Source: Auanema rhodensis (Eukaryota > Animalia > Nematoda). Taken from it: a stretch of 64,000 bases of DNA. Positions 11,799 through 62,822 of the stretch are shown here, one piece after another (positions within the stretch are counted from its first letter, which is position 1; every line of letters begins with the position of its first letter). The DNA lies in the NCBI GenBank assembly GCA_964057225.1, contig OZ059895.1, positions 18,910,001 through 18,974,000 on the forward strand, read 5' to 3'. The notes under the pieces are model-generated. The model was not told where the DNA came from. It saw only the letters and a list, made by a program, of their open reading frames with translations, and did not search any database. The translations under genes and the position numbers were made by a program.

Positions 11799-13574
11799 GT
11801 TACCCGAAATTTGTTTCCAAAAGCTTATAGGTTTGGCATAGTTCCAGAAACAACGTACTCAACTGAATTTCTAAATAGTTTACAGGTCAACAAGACAGAG
11901 AGAAAGAAGGAGAGAATGAAAGAAAAATGGAGAAAGTTCAGTTATTATTCGCATAATTAGTTATGTTTTGTTAAATGTTTCACGAATTTCTTTTATAAAC
12001 TACTATAAGATAGTAACCATTTTTAATAATTTTAAATAATAAAAATAATTTTAATCTTAAGAATATAAATTAAGATCAGAAATAACTATATGATTTTGAA
12101 ATAATATCAAATTTTTAATTTTAAAATAAATAAAATATAAAATAATTTTTATAAGGGAGAGTCTTCATATCTTAAAATTTGTCAAAAAAAAATGAAAATT
12201 TATATTTCATAAAAAGAAAAAAGAATATTTTTAATTTCAGATTGATACTTAATGATTCTTGTTTTGTTCTGTTTATTAACTGTTTAAGCAAAGTTCAAAG
12301 CATTAAAGCTGGAGACAGCCATTAAACCTGCAACCTCAGGTAAGAGTACGAACATTCCTGTATTTCTGATATATTGCTTTCAGATGGATGATCAATTTTT
12401 TTCAAGTTTTTGTCATCCAAACAACATTCCAACAAAGATTTAACTCTTCCCTGCACTTTATTATTTTGTTTTTCTGAAATCATTTGATAATGAGCATCTG
12501 CTTTTTGGTAATAATGGAAAACTTTAGAAACTTTTTATCCCTTTAAGAAATTGAAAATGTTTATTTGTTAAAGAACTAATCATTAACATGTATTTTATAA
12601 TTTTTAATAAAAATAAATAAGATTAAAATATTTTGAAAATAATATGCAACGTGGAGCAAACTTTCAAAAAATGAATGAAGATCAAACGTTTAATTGAATA
12701 TCTTAGTACAATCTTTTCTGTATTTATTTGAAATTGATATATATATATATATATATATGTGTGTGTTATTCCAATGTTTAAAAAAAAAAGAAGAAACATT
12801 TATAAAATTTTATTACTATTTTCATATAATTAAAAGGCACTTATAACATTTTTCTTTCAAAATCTTCCACACAAACCATCAACATTATATAGCTGAGAAC
12901 AATCAAATGCATATGATGATAAATAATTATTACAAATTTAATAAAATCAATATTATAAAAGAAAAATATATGAAAAAATTAAAAAAGAGAACATGCAAAT
13001 ATATTCTTTGAGAACAGATAAAGGAAAACTAGCTGCTAATCTTCAGAAAATTCCTTAATACCCAATTATTGATGACGAAGTTATAGACTGAGGATCATTC
13101 GAACGGAAGTAATGAAAGATGAGAAAAAAAGAAAAATTAGTGAGAATCATATAAGAGAAATTAAAGGTTCTTTTTAAGAAATCAGGAAGGTATATCAAGA
13201 GAAGGAATGAAGGAAAGAGGTGTATATAGACTGAGGGAGATAGAGGCTTACGTTTTACTAAAAGGAAAAAGGAGTTGAAGCTGAGTTGTAGTGAAGGACA
13301 TTAAGAATCAAGATGAAAGAAATACAATGTTGAGAAGAGAAAAGGGTACAGAAGAGTTAATGGAGATTTGTTGCCATGAGAAGAGAGGAAATAATAAAAG
13401 GAAGAACCTGGTTTTATCACAAAATCTGGTCACTGGATATATAATATCTATATACTTATATCATATAAACTATTGAATAAGATTAGTAATTATAATATTT
13501 TAGTTTGTTATTTTGAATGTTAAACATCACATAATTAGCATTATATAGCTATACATATATAGATATATCTATAT

Positions 13575-13580
13575 TTTATT
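13575..13580 (-). terminator. Candidate unc-13 polyadenylation signal AATAAA
   Basis: TTTATT on + about 320 nt past the stop codon, followed by AT-rich sequence. Confidence 0.4.
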
Positions 13581-13898
13581 TTGAATTTTAGAACTTTCTT
13601 CTAATAATTCAAATTGTCATCAACTTCTTCAAGTTTATGTATGTGTGGCCATTGGCAAGGTAGGCAACACTGGCAAGGCTGGCAAGGCAACAACAAAGTA
13701 AAGAGGGGGAGGGGGTTCGAGGAGGATGGCTGGGCTGAGATGAAGGGATAATACAATAAAGATTGACATAAATGAATATAAGGCTGTATGTGACATGAAA
13801 AGACAATAAAAACATGAAAATGCTGTGTACATAAACACACAATGAACAACAAAATAATAATAATAATAATAATAATAAATATAACTATATATATATAG

Positions 13899-51881
<37,983 letters not shown>

Positions 51882-52819
51882 CTCAGTTGAGATGGACAGC
51901 CATCTGAAGTTGAAGCAATTCGGTTCGTAGAGAATAAGAATAAGAAGAAGAACACGACGAAATAGAAGCAATGACGAAGTAATAAGAAGAAGAGGTAGAA
52001 GAAGGACAATAACTAGAAGGCAGATTCAGCGGCAAAAAACCTTCAGGAATCTATAGATGAATGGCAGCACTACGTAGTACGGCGAAGAAACAGACTAGAG
52101 GGAAAAAAAGTTTTTTTTCCTCTTTTGGTCCAACTAATACGTAATATAGGTTGGAGGAATTTAGCTTGTGTGAATATGGAATCCGTTTAAAGGAAATCTG
52201 GAGAGTTTGGGTGACGAGCTGGATCGCGGCCAGCACGAGATAGCTATGTGTATCTGATGATGCTGATGATGCTCGAGTTCAGCACGGTATCGGAATGTAT
52301 GATAGCCTAGTGATAATCCAAAGTTATTCTGATATGAAACAGCTTTGATGTACCTTGTAAATAAAGTCCAAATCTTGAAAAGAAAGATAAAATAAATTTT
52401 CTTTTCAAGAATTTGAAAATGAGTGGCTAGTGACTCTCTCGCCCTGTCTTGGGATTTCACTTTGATTAACTCCAAGTTTAGATGCACCTGTGCGTTTAAT
52501 CAAAGATTCGAGTGAACTAGGAAGAGAATAGTTAGGGATCACAGCTAGAGTAAGAATAAAGACAGGCAGAAAGGGAGAGAGAGATAACAAGGTAAAGGAT
52601 ATGAGAGGAAATAGACAGTTATAAGAATATAATCAGTGCTTAGAAAAGATCAAATTTAGAAAATCTTTCTAGCTTGTTGAACAAGAATAGTCGAGGACTA
52701 ACTTTGAAGACCAAAGCACAGTTTGATTGCTTTTGCTTCGTAGTTGTAGTTTAGTTGTGGATTAAGCTGTAGGTCTGCGTTACGAACTCAGCAGTCAAAC
52801 AACGACACGAACACAGATA

Positions 52820-53460
52820 TTGGAGATTTGCTGTGGGAGGGAAGGGACTAGTGACTTTCGACAGCGATGGCAACGTTTCTACGTTGTCACCGAGGCTGTC
52901 GTCGTCGGCGTCGTCGTTGTCGCTGTCGTCGTCGTCGAACGGTGCTCTCTCCGCGTGGAGACTGAGCAGACCCGATGCTTCAGCTGGCAAAAGCCGCGAC
53001 GCAAACCGCGTTGCAGCTGCCGCTGGCAAAACCTCTCCCACCCGCCACCACATCCCACCCCAACCACTACACCCCGTCGTCCGTCCATCCGTCCGTCTCC
53101 ATCTATCTACTAATGCTAACCCTCCCATACACAGCTATACCACACCACCACATAGCTTTCAGAGCTCTCCAGCACAGCTAACCCCAGCGCACCCTACCCC
53201 GCCAGACCCCCCCCCCGCCCCCTCTGTCTCCTTCTCTTTGCTCATCCATCGCCAATACCACTACCCCACAACACTACCACAAACCGCAACAAGCAGTCCA
53301 TCACTATCTACTATTCTTCTGGGGCCATCTACCACCACATCAACGCTGGTCAGACTGATATGGCAGAGGCAGCTCCGTTCATTTGCCTGTCATCTTCTCT
53401 CTTATTCAGCATGCTATCTTAAGAAGCTACCGCATAGCTAGCAAGAGACAGCAGCTTGCG
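52820..53460. promoter_or_regulatory. GC/CpG-rich island, probable unc-13 long-isoform promoter or 5' region
   Basis: Abrupt GC-rich block about 1 kb upstream of the unc-13 ATG, with CACCC/GC boxes, CAGCTG E-boxes, (GTC)n and C-tracts. Confidence 0.55.
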
Positions 53461-54799
53461 ATCATCAACGCACCATAAGATCTTCATCATCATCAGCATC
53501 ATCAGTAGTAGCACCATAATCATCTTCATCGTTTCTCTCTCTCTCCCTTCTCTCTTTTTCTTTCTCTCTTTCACTCTCTCTTTCTCTTTGGATATCTCTC
53601 ACTTTTTCCTCTCATTTCCAACCTTATACACTTATTCCTGTGACATCATGATGTTTTCTCATCGTCATGCTCTTTTCCTTCTTTGAAACAAGTGAATAAG
53701 AAAATAGTAAAAGATATAAAGAGAGTAAGCGAAAAGAAAAGTTGGAAATTAAGTTGGTATATGAGGGTAGTACGAGAGAAAAAGGTTCGAACGATGATAG
53801 AGTGAGAGAAAGGTCCAACAAGGTTTTATTGTGTAGTCATTAAAGCATAGTGGATGACAAGAAATGACAACATACAACATCATTTCAAACGTTCTATTTC
53901 GTTGTTGTCCATCTCCTTTTTGGCTTATTTCTCGTCTGTTGCTGTTGAAAATACCCTCAAGCTCTCTACCATAACCAATAGAAACAGCATAAGCAATACA
54001 AACTGAGAGTACAGCAAGTGAACCGGGTCGTCATCTCTTCTTCTTCTGCTTACCCATAAGTAGGGAAAAACTGAATCATTGAAACGGATATCACACAACG
54101 GATTCAATATTCAAACAAGCATATATAGTTTTAAAAAAATAAACATATAATATAAAATATTTTCGGAACAAAAAAAAATTGAAAAAATGCTGAAAAACAT
54201 GAAAATATGAAAATAGGCAAAAGCAGAAATACTTTTGTGATATTGATGATGCTTGATGAGGTTACAAGGGAGCCAATAAGAAGAAGTATTGTTTAGGAAG
54301 CATAGAAAAGCTGTATGTTTGGTCGGAAGAATAAGCATCATACAAAGAAGAAGTGATATATCTAAAAAATCGAAATAAAAAGAGAAAATGAGGGACATAA
54401 CAGAAAATTGAAATATAACTTGAGATACATATCAAGAAGCATATCAAGACCATTCTCATGATTTGAACAATTCGTAGTTGCATTTTCAATTCTATTATAC
54501 ATACGATATGTAATCATACATATAAAATATAATTGTTGAATATACAATATAAAATAAAAACATTAAAAATAAAAATTGTACATCAACTAGTACATCATCC
54601 TTTCAGTTCCTATTGTCGATCGGCTTTTGCAGACAATCTAGGATGGTGCATATATCTGGAAAAAAAAAGATATTTTGAATTATAAAAAAGAAAAAAATAT
54701 TAAAAAAAGAGATGAACATAAGCAGGAGAAATGTGAGAAGACAAAGCAATAGATGAAATGTGAAAAGACAATAAAAACATTCTGATTTGAATTTTTGCT

Positions 54800-54851
<52 letters not shown>

Positions 54852-55053
54852 ACCTCTTATGATTTGAGCAGCCCTCTCTCTCAATATTTATTTCCATTCT
54901 TTACATTACAAAATTTTAAATAAAAAATGAGAAAAAAAAAGGAATTCAAGAGGAAATTAGATGATGAGTCGGAAAAAAGCAGCTGCAATGGAAAGGACAG
55001 TAAATCAAGAGTAAAAATACCTTCAATTTCCTTTCACTACTTGACAAAATGAG

Positions 55054-55090
<37 letters not shown>

Positions 55091-57696
55091 AGAATTACCT
55101 CCAAAACCAAAATTTTTTTTTCAAAATACCTTCATCTGTTTTTCATTTCTCTTGTAGCTAAGGTTCCTACCTTTATTGTAATTGAAAGAAACCATGCTGT
55201 GAGTCAAAATCGAGACAAAATCGTAAAAAAACGGTTTTGTCTTGGATTTAAAGAAAATATTATTTCTATCGAATGATCTACTTATATTGTAGAAATTGAG
55301 CTTCACTTATTAAAAGAAGAGAACGATCAAGAAATCACTATTTTCAGAAAAGATTGCTTTTGAATTTGAAGATTTTCAAATATATATATGCATGTATATA
55401 GCTTAATATCATGAATACTGAACCATATTTCTCTTTATATCTCCCTCTCTCTCTCTCTCTCTGTGTCTCTCTCTCTACTCTCTCTCCTTTTCAGATTAGA
55501 CTTGGTGAGCAACATCCTTAGCTATTAAGATTTTTGAGAAGAAAACAACAAAAAGCGACTGCAGCTTGCCGCGCATTTATAACTGTCGAACAACAACAAA
55601 TCAAAATAAGAACACATTATGTTATCCATGAAGAGAAAAGGCAAAGAAATTTAAAAAGAAAAGTAAAAATATACAAAGATAACGAGAGAAAAAGAGAAAG
55701 AAATTAAAAAATAAGAAGCTGGAAGGAGCGACAGTTTCCAAAAAAAAAATAGAAGAAGAATATGAAATGTGCATTCAATCTTGTCGTTTTTTTGACCATT
55801 TTTTCGTTCTTTTTTTAGTCTTCAAATTGGCTCTTGGCTCATTATAGATTCCAATCAGAATCAGTTTTCAGTTATTTCATTCTTTTTTTTAATTCCTCTA
55901 AATGTCATTGGATGATCTTCAGTGCTAAAAGTAAAATTTTTTTTTTCATTTCAAATAGTTTTAGAGAGCAATCTATGATGCTCAATGAACTATTGGCGAG
56001 GTAGCGTGTGGGATATAGATAAGAAGCCAGAATAGACATCTGATTCTTCTAAAACCGGTTAAATGGCATCAAGATATGAGAAGAAAAATTGAAAAAATGA
56101 GATGAACGGCATCATATGAATATGGTAAAGAATTTCATCGGACACCAAAGTAACAATCCACAAACTGATTTTCAAATCGAATATAGAATTTCGCATTTTC
56201 ATTTGGTAAGTGTTGAATAAAACAGAATATTGGATAGTTAGTGCTGTTTAGATATAATTGGTCTTGTATGGAAAGCTGATATAACTGATTGTTAGAGAGA
56301 AAGAATGAGTTAGAATGAGAGATAACATGGGCCAAAGTGGGAAAATTTTGTTTTTTTCTTATTAAAAATAATAAAAATCAGAGATATAGAGAGATAGAGA
56401 TAGAGAGGGAAAGAGAAAGAAAGAGAGAGGTGCATGATAAAGTATTATACAACGGAATGTTAGGGGGAAAACAAAAAAGGTTGAGATATAAGAGGGGAGT
56501 AAGTCTGATTTCGAATATGATGGTTAAAGAGAGACAAGAGAAAGTAGGAATAAAGAGGAGAAGGGAGATAGACGATGAGAGATAAGATTGTTCGGTGATC
56601 AAGGAATAGAATTGAGCAGCAGTACGACAAGCAGTAGTATGCTCTTTTCAACTCTTTTCGACTCTCTCTCTCTCTCTTTCTCTCTCACTCTCTCTCTCTC
56701 TCTTTATGTTTCTCTCTTTCGTACTCAATTTCTCGTTTTCTCAATCTCTCTAATTGTATATATTATTCTATATATATATATGTATGTATCATGATAAAAT
56801 TATCATCATGAATAATATGAATACGGATTGATTCAACTGTTAAATTGATTAATTTTGATAATAACAATAAAATAAAATAAATATTGTCACTAACTATATG
56901 AATATAAGAACATAATATTTCTAGTTAACATCTTAATATATGTTGTTCAAATTTTTATTTTCTATAATATATCGTATATACTATATATGTATATAAGCTT
57001 TTCATATTGTCCACAAGCTTTATGTGCTCTCCAATTTCTTTCTCACATTTTATAAGCCACCATGGGAAAATTGTTCAATATAGATCGGATATTATTCATT
57101 TTAACACGCTTTTGTGCTTTTCGCTTAAAAAATCAGCAGAAAAACTTTTTTGTCGCTTTTTCAATGTTTTTTTTTTCTAAAAAAAGGCGGAAAAGAGAGA
57201 AAAAAGAAAGAGAAAAGTCATTAGAGTTTCCGTGTTGTTGTCGAAAATAAATTTGAAAGTTATAAATCTGTGTATGTATGGATGTATGGTGTGCATGTGT
57301 GTATGTCTGTGTGGCTGTAGATGCCGCTTACATCCAAACAGAGACATATCATACAAGAGCACAGATAGACAGATACATACTAGTCAGATCTATGTATATA
57401 TTACATACATGTTGAAGAAGATCTTTCTGATATCATTATTCAAAGTCAAATTTGAATGGATAGCTTGTTTATTCTTATGAAAAGCCCACAGTTCATATGA
57501 ATTCTATCTATTGATGTCATCTAACAAGGGTTATACTTCATATTTTATTGTAAATTAATTCTTTTTCTCTTTAAGTTGAAATTATAAATTAAGATTTTCT
57601 GAAAAGCAGCATCACCTTGTTGTAGTATGGATTAGAAAAAAATGAAAAATGAAGGGTGATAGAGATAGATAGAAAGATAGGGAGAGATAGAGAGAT

Positions 57697-57749
<53 letters not shown>

Positions 57750-60423
57750 ATTTTGAAAATTATCATGGTCAACGACAATTGAGGTATTGAAAGAGAATAA
57801 CTTGATAACTCATTGAAATTATTTTATTTATAATTTATATAAATAGATAAATAAAAAACAAAAAAAAACGAAAATAAGAAGAAAACATAGTTAATGAACA
57901 ATATTTTAGCTATTTTTAATATAAAAAATGGAAGAACGTCGTTTAATATGGTTGAAAGGGACAGAGAGTTTCATTTGAAATGCATGAAAAGTATCTAACG
58001 AAACATTTCAAAGACATGTACTACGTTTAAAAGAAAAAAGAAATTGAAGTTCAAAAAAGGAAATGTGATAAGAACAAAAGAAAAAAAAAGTTAAAATGCA
58101 CATGCTTAGCTATTTGTCGCGAGGCCAAAACTATGCGGAAAAAAAATTTATCGTCAAATATGAATGAAGTAGCAGATCAAGAATATGTAAAGGACAACGC
58201 GAGAGCCAAAAATAGAAGACAATGCTGTTATAAAAGCTGTAAAAATTGCTGGACAGTGTGAGGGAGAGAAAGAAAGATAGAGGTACAGAGAAAGAGGAAA
58301 CATTGTATGTGTACCCTGCAGTTTCTTCATTTTACTCGCTTTCATTGCTTTCTCCCAGTTTCAGCCTTCTTTCTCATCAAGTTCTTCAGCTTTTCTCTTT
58401 TTCTCTCTTTCCCTAGTTTGCTATGGGTTTGCGTGTAGATACATAATTCTTCATCTTTTCACCTTTCTCTCTTTCCCTCTCTCTCTCTCTTTCTCTCTTA
58501 GTTATCTCTCTGCTTTCTACCTAGTTGTCCTTAGATCTCTTCGAAACTCTGGAGCCCTTATGACAATTTTTTCTTATTATATGTATATCTGAGTTCTTGA
58601 TGAAGGTTTCTCAGTATCAAACGCTTAGTTCTTCTAAAGCTTCTCTTTAATTATTAATAAGTCCTAATTAGGCTTTCCTTGTTTGCCAAACTAGCTTGAC
58701 GAAAAAGTAAAAAGAGTTTCTTTGAATCTCTTAAACCCATATTAGCTTTAAAAGTTCAAAGATAATATAAGAAAGAAAATCAAAGGAATGTGAAAAAGTA
58801 CATTAATTCATGAATAATCTTTACCAAAATATTAAAAGCAAAATAATAATTAAAATTCTTAAAAACAGAAATCAAATATGCTAATCATGCATTTCTTTAT
58901 GTATAAAGTTCAAAAGAAAATGAATTTTATAAAAAAAAAAGAATAAGAACAAGTAGAAGAAGAAGAAGAAGAGAATGGGGTGGTCTCTGCAAAAGAGGGT
59001 AATTCATAATACCGCTACTACCAGCTTATATGCACACAATTTTGGATCATTTCTCTCTCCTCCTACTTTTCTTCTACATGTTGTTCTATCTATCTATCTT
59101 TTAAAAATTTATTTTATTTTTAATTATTTAAAAGAAAAAATAATTTGTAGAAACAATGGATGCAATATACATAGATGTTGAAAGGGTGCAATGTCGAACA
59201 ATGGCCTTAGGCCTAAATGTGACTGAGAGAGTAGAAAGAGAGTAGAGAGAAAGAGCAATAGAGAAAGAGAGAGAGGGGGGATCAAGAGAGATAGAGAGAT
59301 TAGAGAAGTAGCCAAAAAAGAGGTAAAACCTACTTCTTGTACTACTGATCAAACTTTAGCATTTCGAACGCTTTAGAAAGCTTTAAGGAAATTATTATTA
59401 ATAGATTAAAAGAGCAAGTTTGAAACTGATGATGTATGTATGCTGTTGCATGACACGCCAGCTTGTCATAAGCACAAGTTTTGAAACTAAAAAGTCCATA
59501 ATTCATCAAACGAAAATAATGTAAAACAATCAACTTAAGCTGAAAGATTGATTTACATTCAACCTTGGAGCAATTTTTCATTTCATTTCTCTCTAAGTTT
59601 CTTCACCTCCTACACATAATCATAAAAAAGGTCTTTGAAAACTATATTTATTAGTTAATAATGAAAAAGAAGAATCAATTATAATATTAAATTATACATA
59701 TAGTTAACACAAGTATTTGATAAATATCGTATTTTTCTAGTTTTTATCACAGAAACCGGAAGAAAAATATATTATTAAAAATTGTTATTATCATATATTA
59801 TGTATATATACTATATATATATATAGTTAATTATAATTATATATTTACATATATGTACTTGTGTATCTTATTTCTATATTGTACAAACTGAATTTGATTT
59901 GAAATTGAGATCCTTAGGAATAGTTGGTAGTACAAGCTTTTCATCAACAAAAAAATAGATTTTTGCTCAATTCAGATCCACATCTTCAAAAGCTGATAAA
60001 CACTCATGATCATGAATGATCATACTTCAGCTTCATGAGACAATGATTACGGTTGAATAAGATGAAATCGTAGGCTTTTACTGATCTATTCATCAGATTT
60101 TTTTCAAATAAATAGAAAAAGAATGCAAAACATTATTTAAACAATTTGAAAAAAGAAAATGAGAAATCAAGAGATGTATTTACTTAAAATTTAAATTAAA
60201 CTATTTTAATTTCTTAAGGAAATGGAAAAGCTTATAAAGTTGATAGCTTAAATGATATTTTTTTTTTAAAAGTTTCAAGAAAAGATACGAAATTGAGAGA
60301 AAATGAATGAAATAAGAGGGTAGTTCTTCATCTTCAGTAAGATGAGTTATTAAAATCAATATAAGGAATAGAAGAAAAGAACGATAGGGAGAGATTGGTG
60401 AGGAGTGACCACGACCGAGAGAA

Positions 60424-60470
<47 letters not shown>

Positions 60471-60645
60471 AAGAGGGAGTTGCATGAAATGAAGGAGGGT
60501 CATTTGAAAGAAGGAAAATCTTCTGATGATCCATTTTGATGAATGATTGCTTAAACAAGAAAAGGAACGAAAGTAAGTCTGAAAAAAAGCTTAGGGTTCA
60601 AGACATTGATAGAGAATTATAGAATCAGGAACATGGAAAGAGAGA

Positions 60646-60648
<3 letters not shown>

Positions 60649-60721
<73 letters not shown>

Positions 60722-60759
60722 TCAAGAGAGAGGGATCAAGAGAGAGGGATCAAGAGAGA
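60649..60759 (+). repeat. (AG)35 followed by three 14-bp GGGATCAAGAGAGA units
   Basis: Units at 60718, 60732 and 60746. Confidence 0.9.
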
Positions 60760-62737
60760 TAGAGAGATATTGAGAGATAAATTGAGAGAAGGGAGGAGGA
60801 ACATGTAGTGTTCCAAAATAATTTTTAATAAATGGGAAATCAAGAAATAATAAAAAGTAATAAGAATTGTGAAAAAGAAAATTTATTCATTTTTTTTATT
60901 TATTGATTTTTTTCGTATTCCTTCTGTAAATTTGAGCTAAAAGCTCTTAGCAGGTTGCTTATTCTCTTACTTGTCTTCTTTCCTCTTTCTCTTCTTTTTC
61001 TCTTGGGAAGCACCTATGCATGAACCTCACCACCCCTAAAACCATATTTCCATATGGGTTAGTCTCTTCTATATGACTTCAATACATCAAGCCAGCCGTA
61101 TTAATCGGTGTTATTGGTTTGACAAAGAAGAAAAAATGACTTCTTCTATTCCTCTTCTTTTGGTCCTTCCCTTTTCCTTTCTCTATCTACTTTCTCTCTC
61201 TCTATCTCTCTCTCTTTCTCTATATCCCTATTCTCTCCTACTCTCTTATTTTCTCTCTTCTACGTTTTCCCTAGATGGATAGCCAGTTATCATCATTGTG
61301 GTTGTAGTCTTCAGCTTCGTTTGATTCTATTTTTTTTGTACTGAAACTGACCAAAATAGCAATTTTGGCATTGAAGCATCTGTTTTTCTGTCAAAAATGC
61401 TAACTATTTGACAAAAATTAATCGAAAAGATGAATTATATATATGAAATGAAATAAGAAAAAAGCTCAGTTTCACCTTTATTTTCTGTGATATCGTAGAA
61501 AAATATTATAAAAAATAATAGAAAGTGAATTTTCAAATAGTTTGAGCTGTAGGTGACGCTAAATTTGCTATTCAAAATAGTAAATCGGCAAAATGGGCTT
61601 GTCGAGGAAAAGCTTTTTTGATGACTTCGATGAGAAAGGAATGAATACGAAGTTTGAGAGAAGTTGGTAAGTCACAAAAACGGAAAACGAAGGAAAAGAA
61701 GGTAAGGAAACGAAAGAAAAGGCTGGAGCAAGGGTTGCTGAACTGAAGTAGACAAACTTGGCAGATAGAAAGAGAGAGACAGAAGGTGGAGAAGAGATAA
61801 AAATAGGAAATAAGAGAGAGGGAGAGGGAGAAGTAAAGAGAGAAGAAGTAGAATTAAGAGGTAGTTGAAGAGAACAAGGAAAACTTTGATTTTGAAGAAG
61901 TAAGGAAAGTACTTATTTGAGTGTCATAGAGTCTTTGAATTTGAATTTTTTTGAAATTTAGATGCTCAAAAGATGATGGTCCGCTGATGCTCTTTACATG
62001 TTCTCCCTCTCCTAGATCATTTTCAGATTCTCTCTTAGTTTTTTCACTTTTCGTTTTAGTTTGTTTCTTAAAAAGATTCTTAAAAGTCTTTTCTTAGGAT
62101 CAAGCTGTTAGTCAAAGAATTTTTGGAGAGAGAAAAAAATTATAAAAAGAATTAATACTATACATATATGTATAGTTGCTAGATGAAGCTAAAGTAAATA
62201 CGAGTTAAAATTCCTTTTTACAATGAGAAAATCGAAAATGTGGTGGATGAATGTTCAAGTAAACATTCATTTTCTTCTGAAAGACAGTTTTCATTTAATT
62301 TCAACTTAATTATGACAACGAATCAGCCTATTAAGAATGAAATAAGAAAAATTTACATTTAAAGACGATGAATGAACGCTAAATATGCCATAATATATAA
62401 GAAATTGAGTTTAAAACACCCAATACGTCAAAAAATTCTAAATTATATAACTTTGTTTCGACGTCGTCATCGTCGTCGTCGTCGTCGCCGCCGTTGTCGT
62501 TGTCATTGCCGGACTCGCTCAGACAAGACCTGGCTTCTCATCTCTCTAGTGTTAGACAGAAAAAAGACGAAAAGAATTTGAAAATTCACTGAATTATTCT
62601 GACGAAGAATTGTGATGAAATAGTTTAATTATATATAGTTTAGTTAGATGCTTATATATATTTTAATGAAAATATTCAATATACATATGTATGCATTTGC
62701 TGGACATGTTGATGATAATCTTTTATTCTTTCTAAGA

Positions 62738-62742
<5 letters not shown>

Positions 62743-62822
<80 letters not shown>
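62743..62822. repeat. (AG)n microsatellite
   Basis: Long dinucleotide run. Confidence 0.95.

Noticed and set aside
52254-52335. CTGATGA motifs suggesting a hammerhead ribozyme or C/D snoRNA
   Set aside because: No GAAA follows stem II, and there is no terminal stem or convincing rRNA guide; it is part of a (TGA/TGC)n run.
52833-53441. 202-aa + strand ORF and overlapping ORFs in several frames
   Set aside because: It has a non-ATG start and low complexity, and several frames are open simply because the island is GC-rich.
59207-59216. TTAGGCCTAA head-to-head telomere palindrome
   Set aside because: It is a single 10-mer with no array or extended symmetry, compatible with chance.
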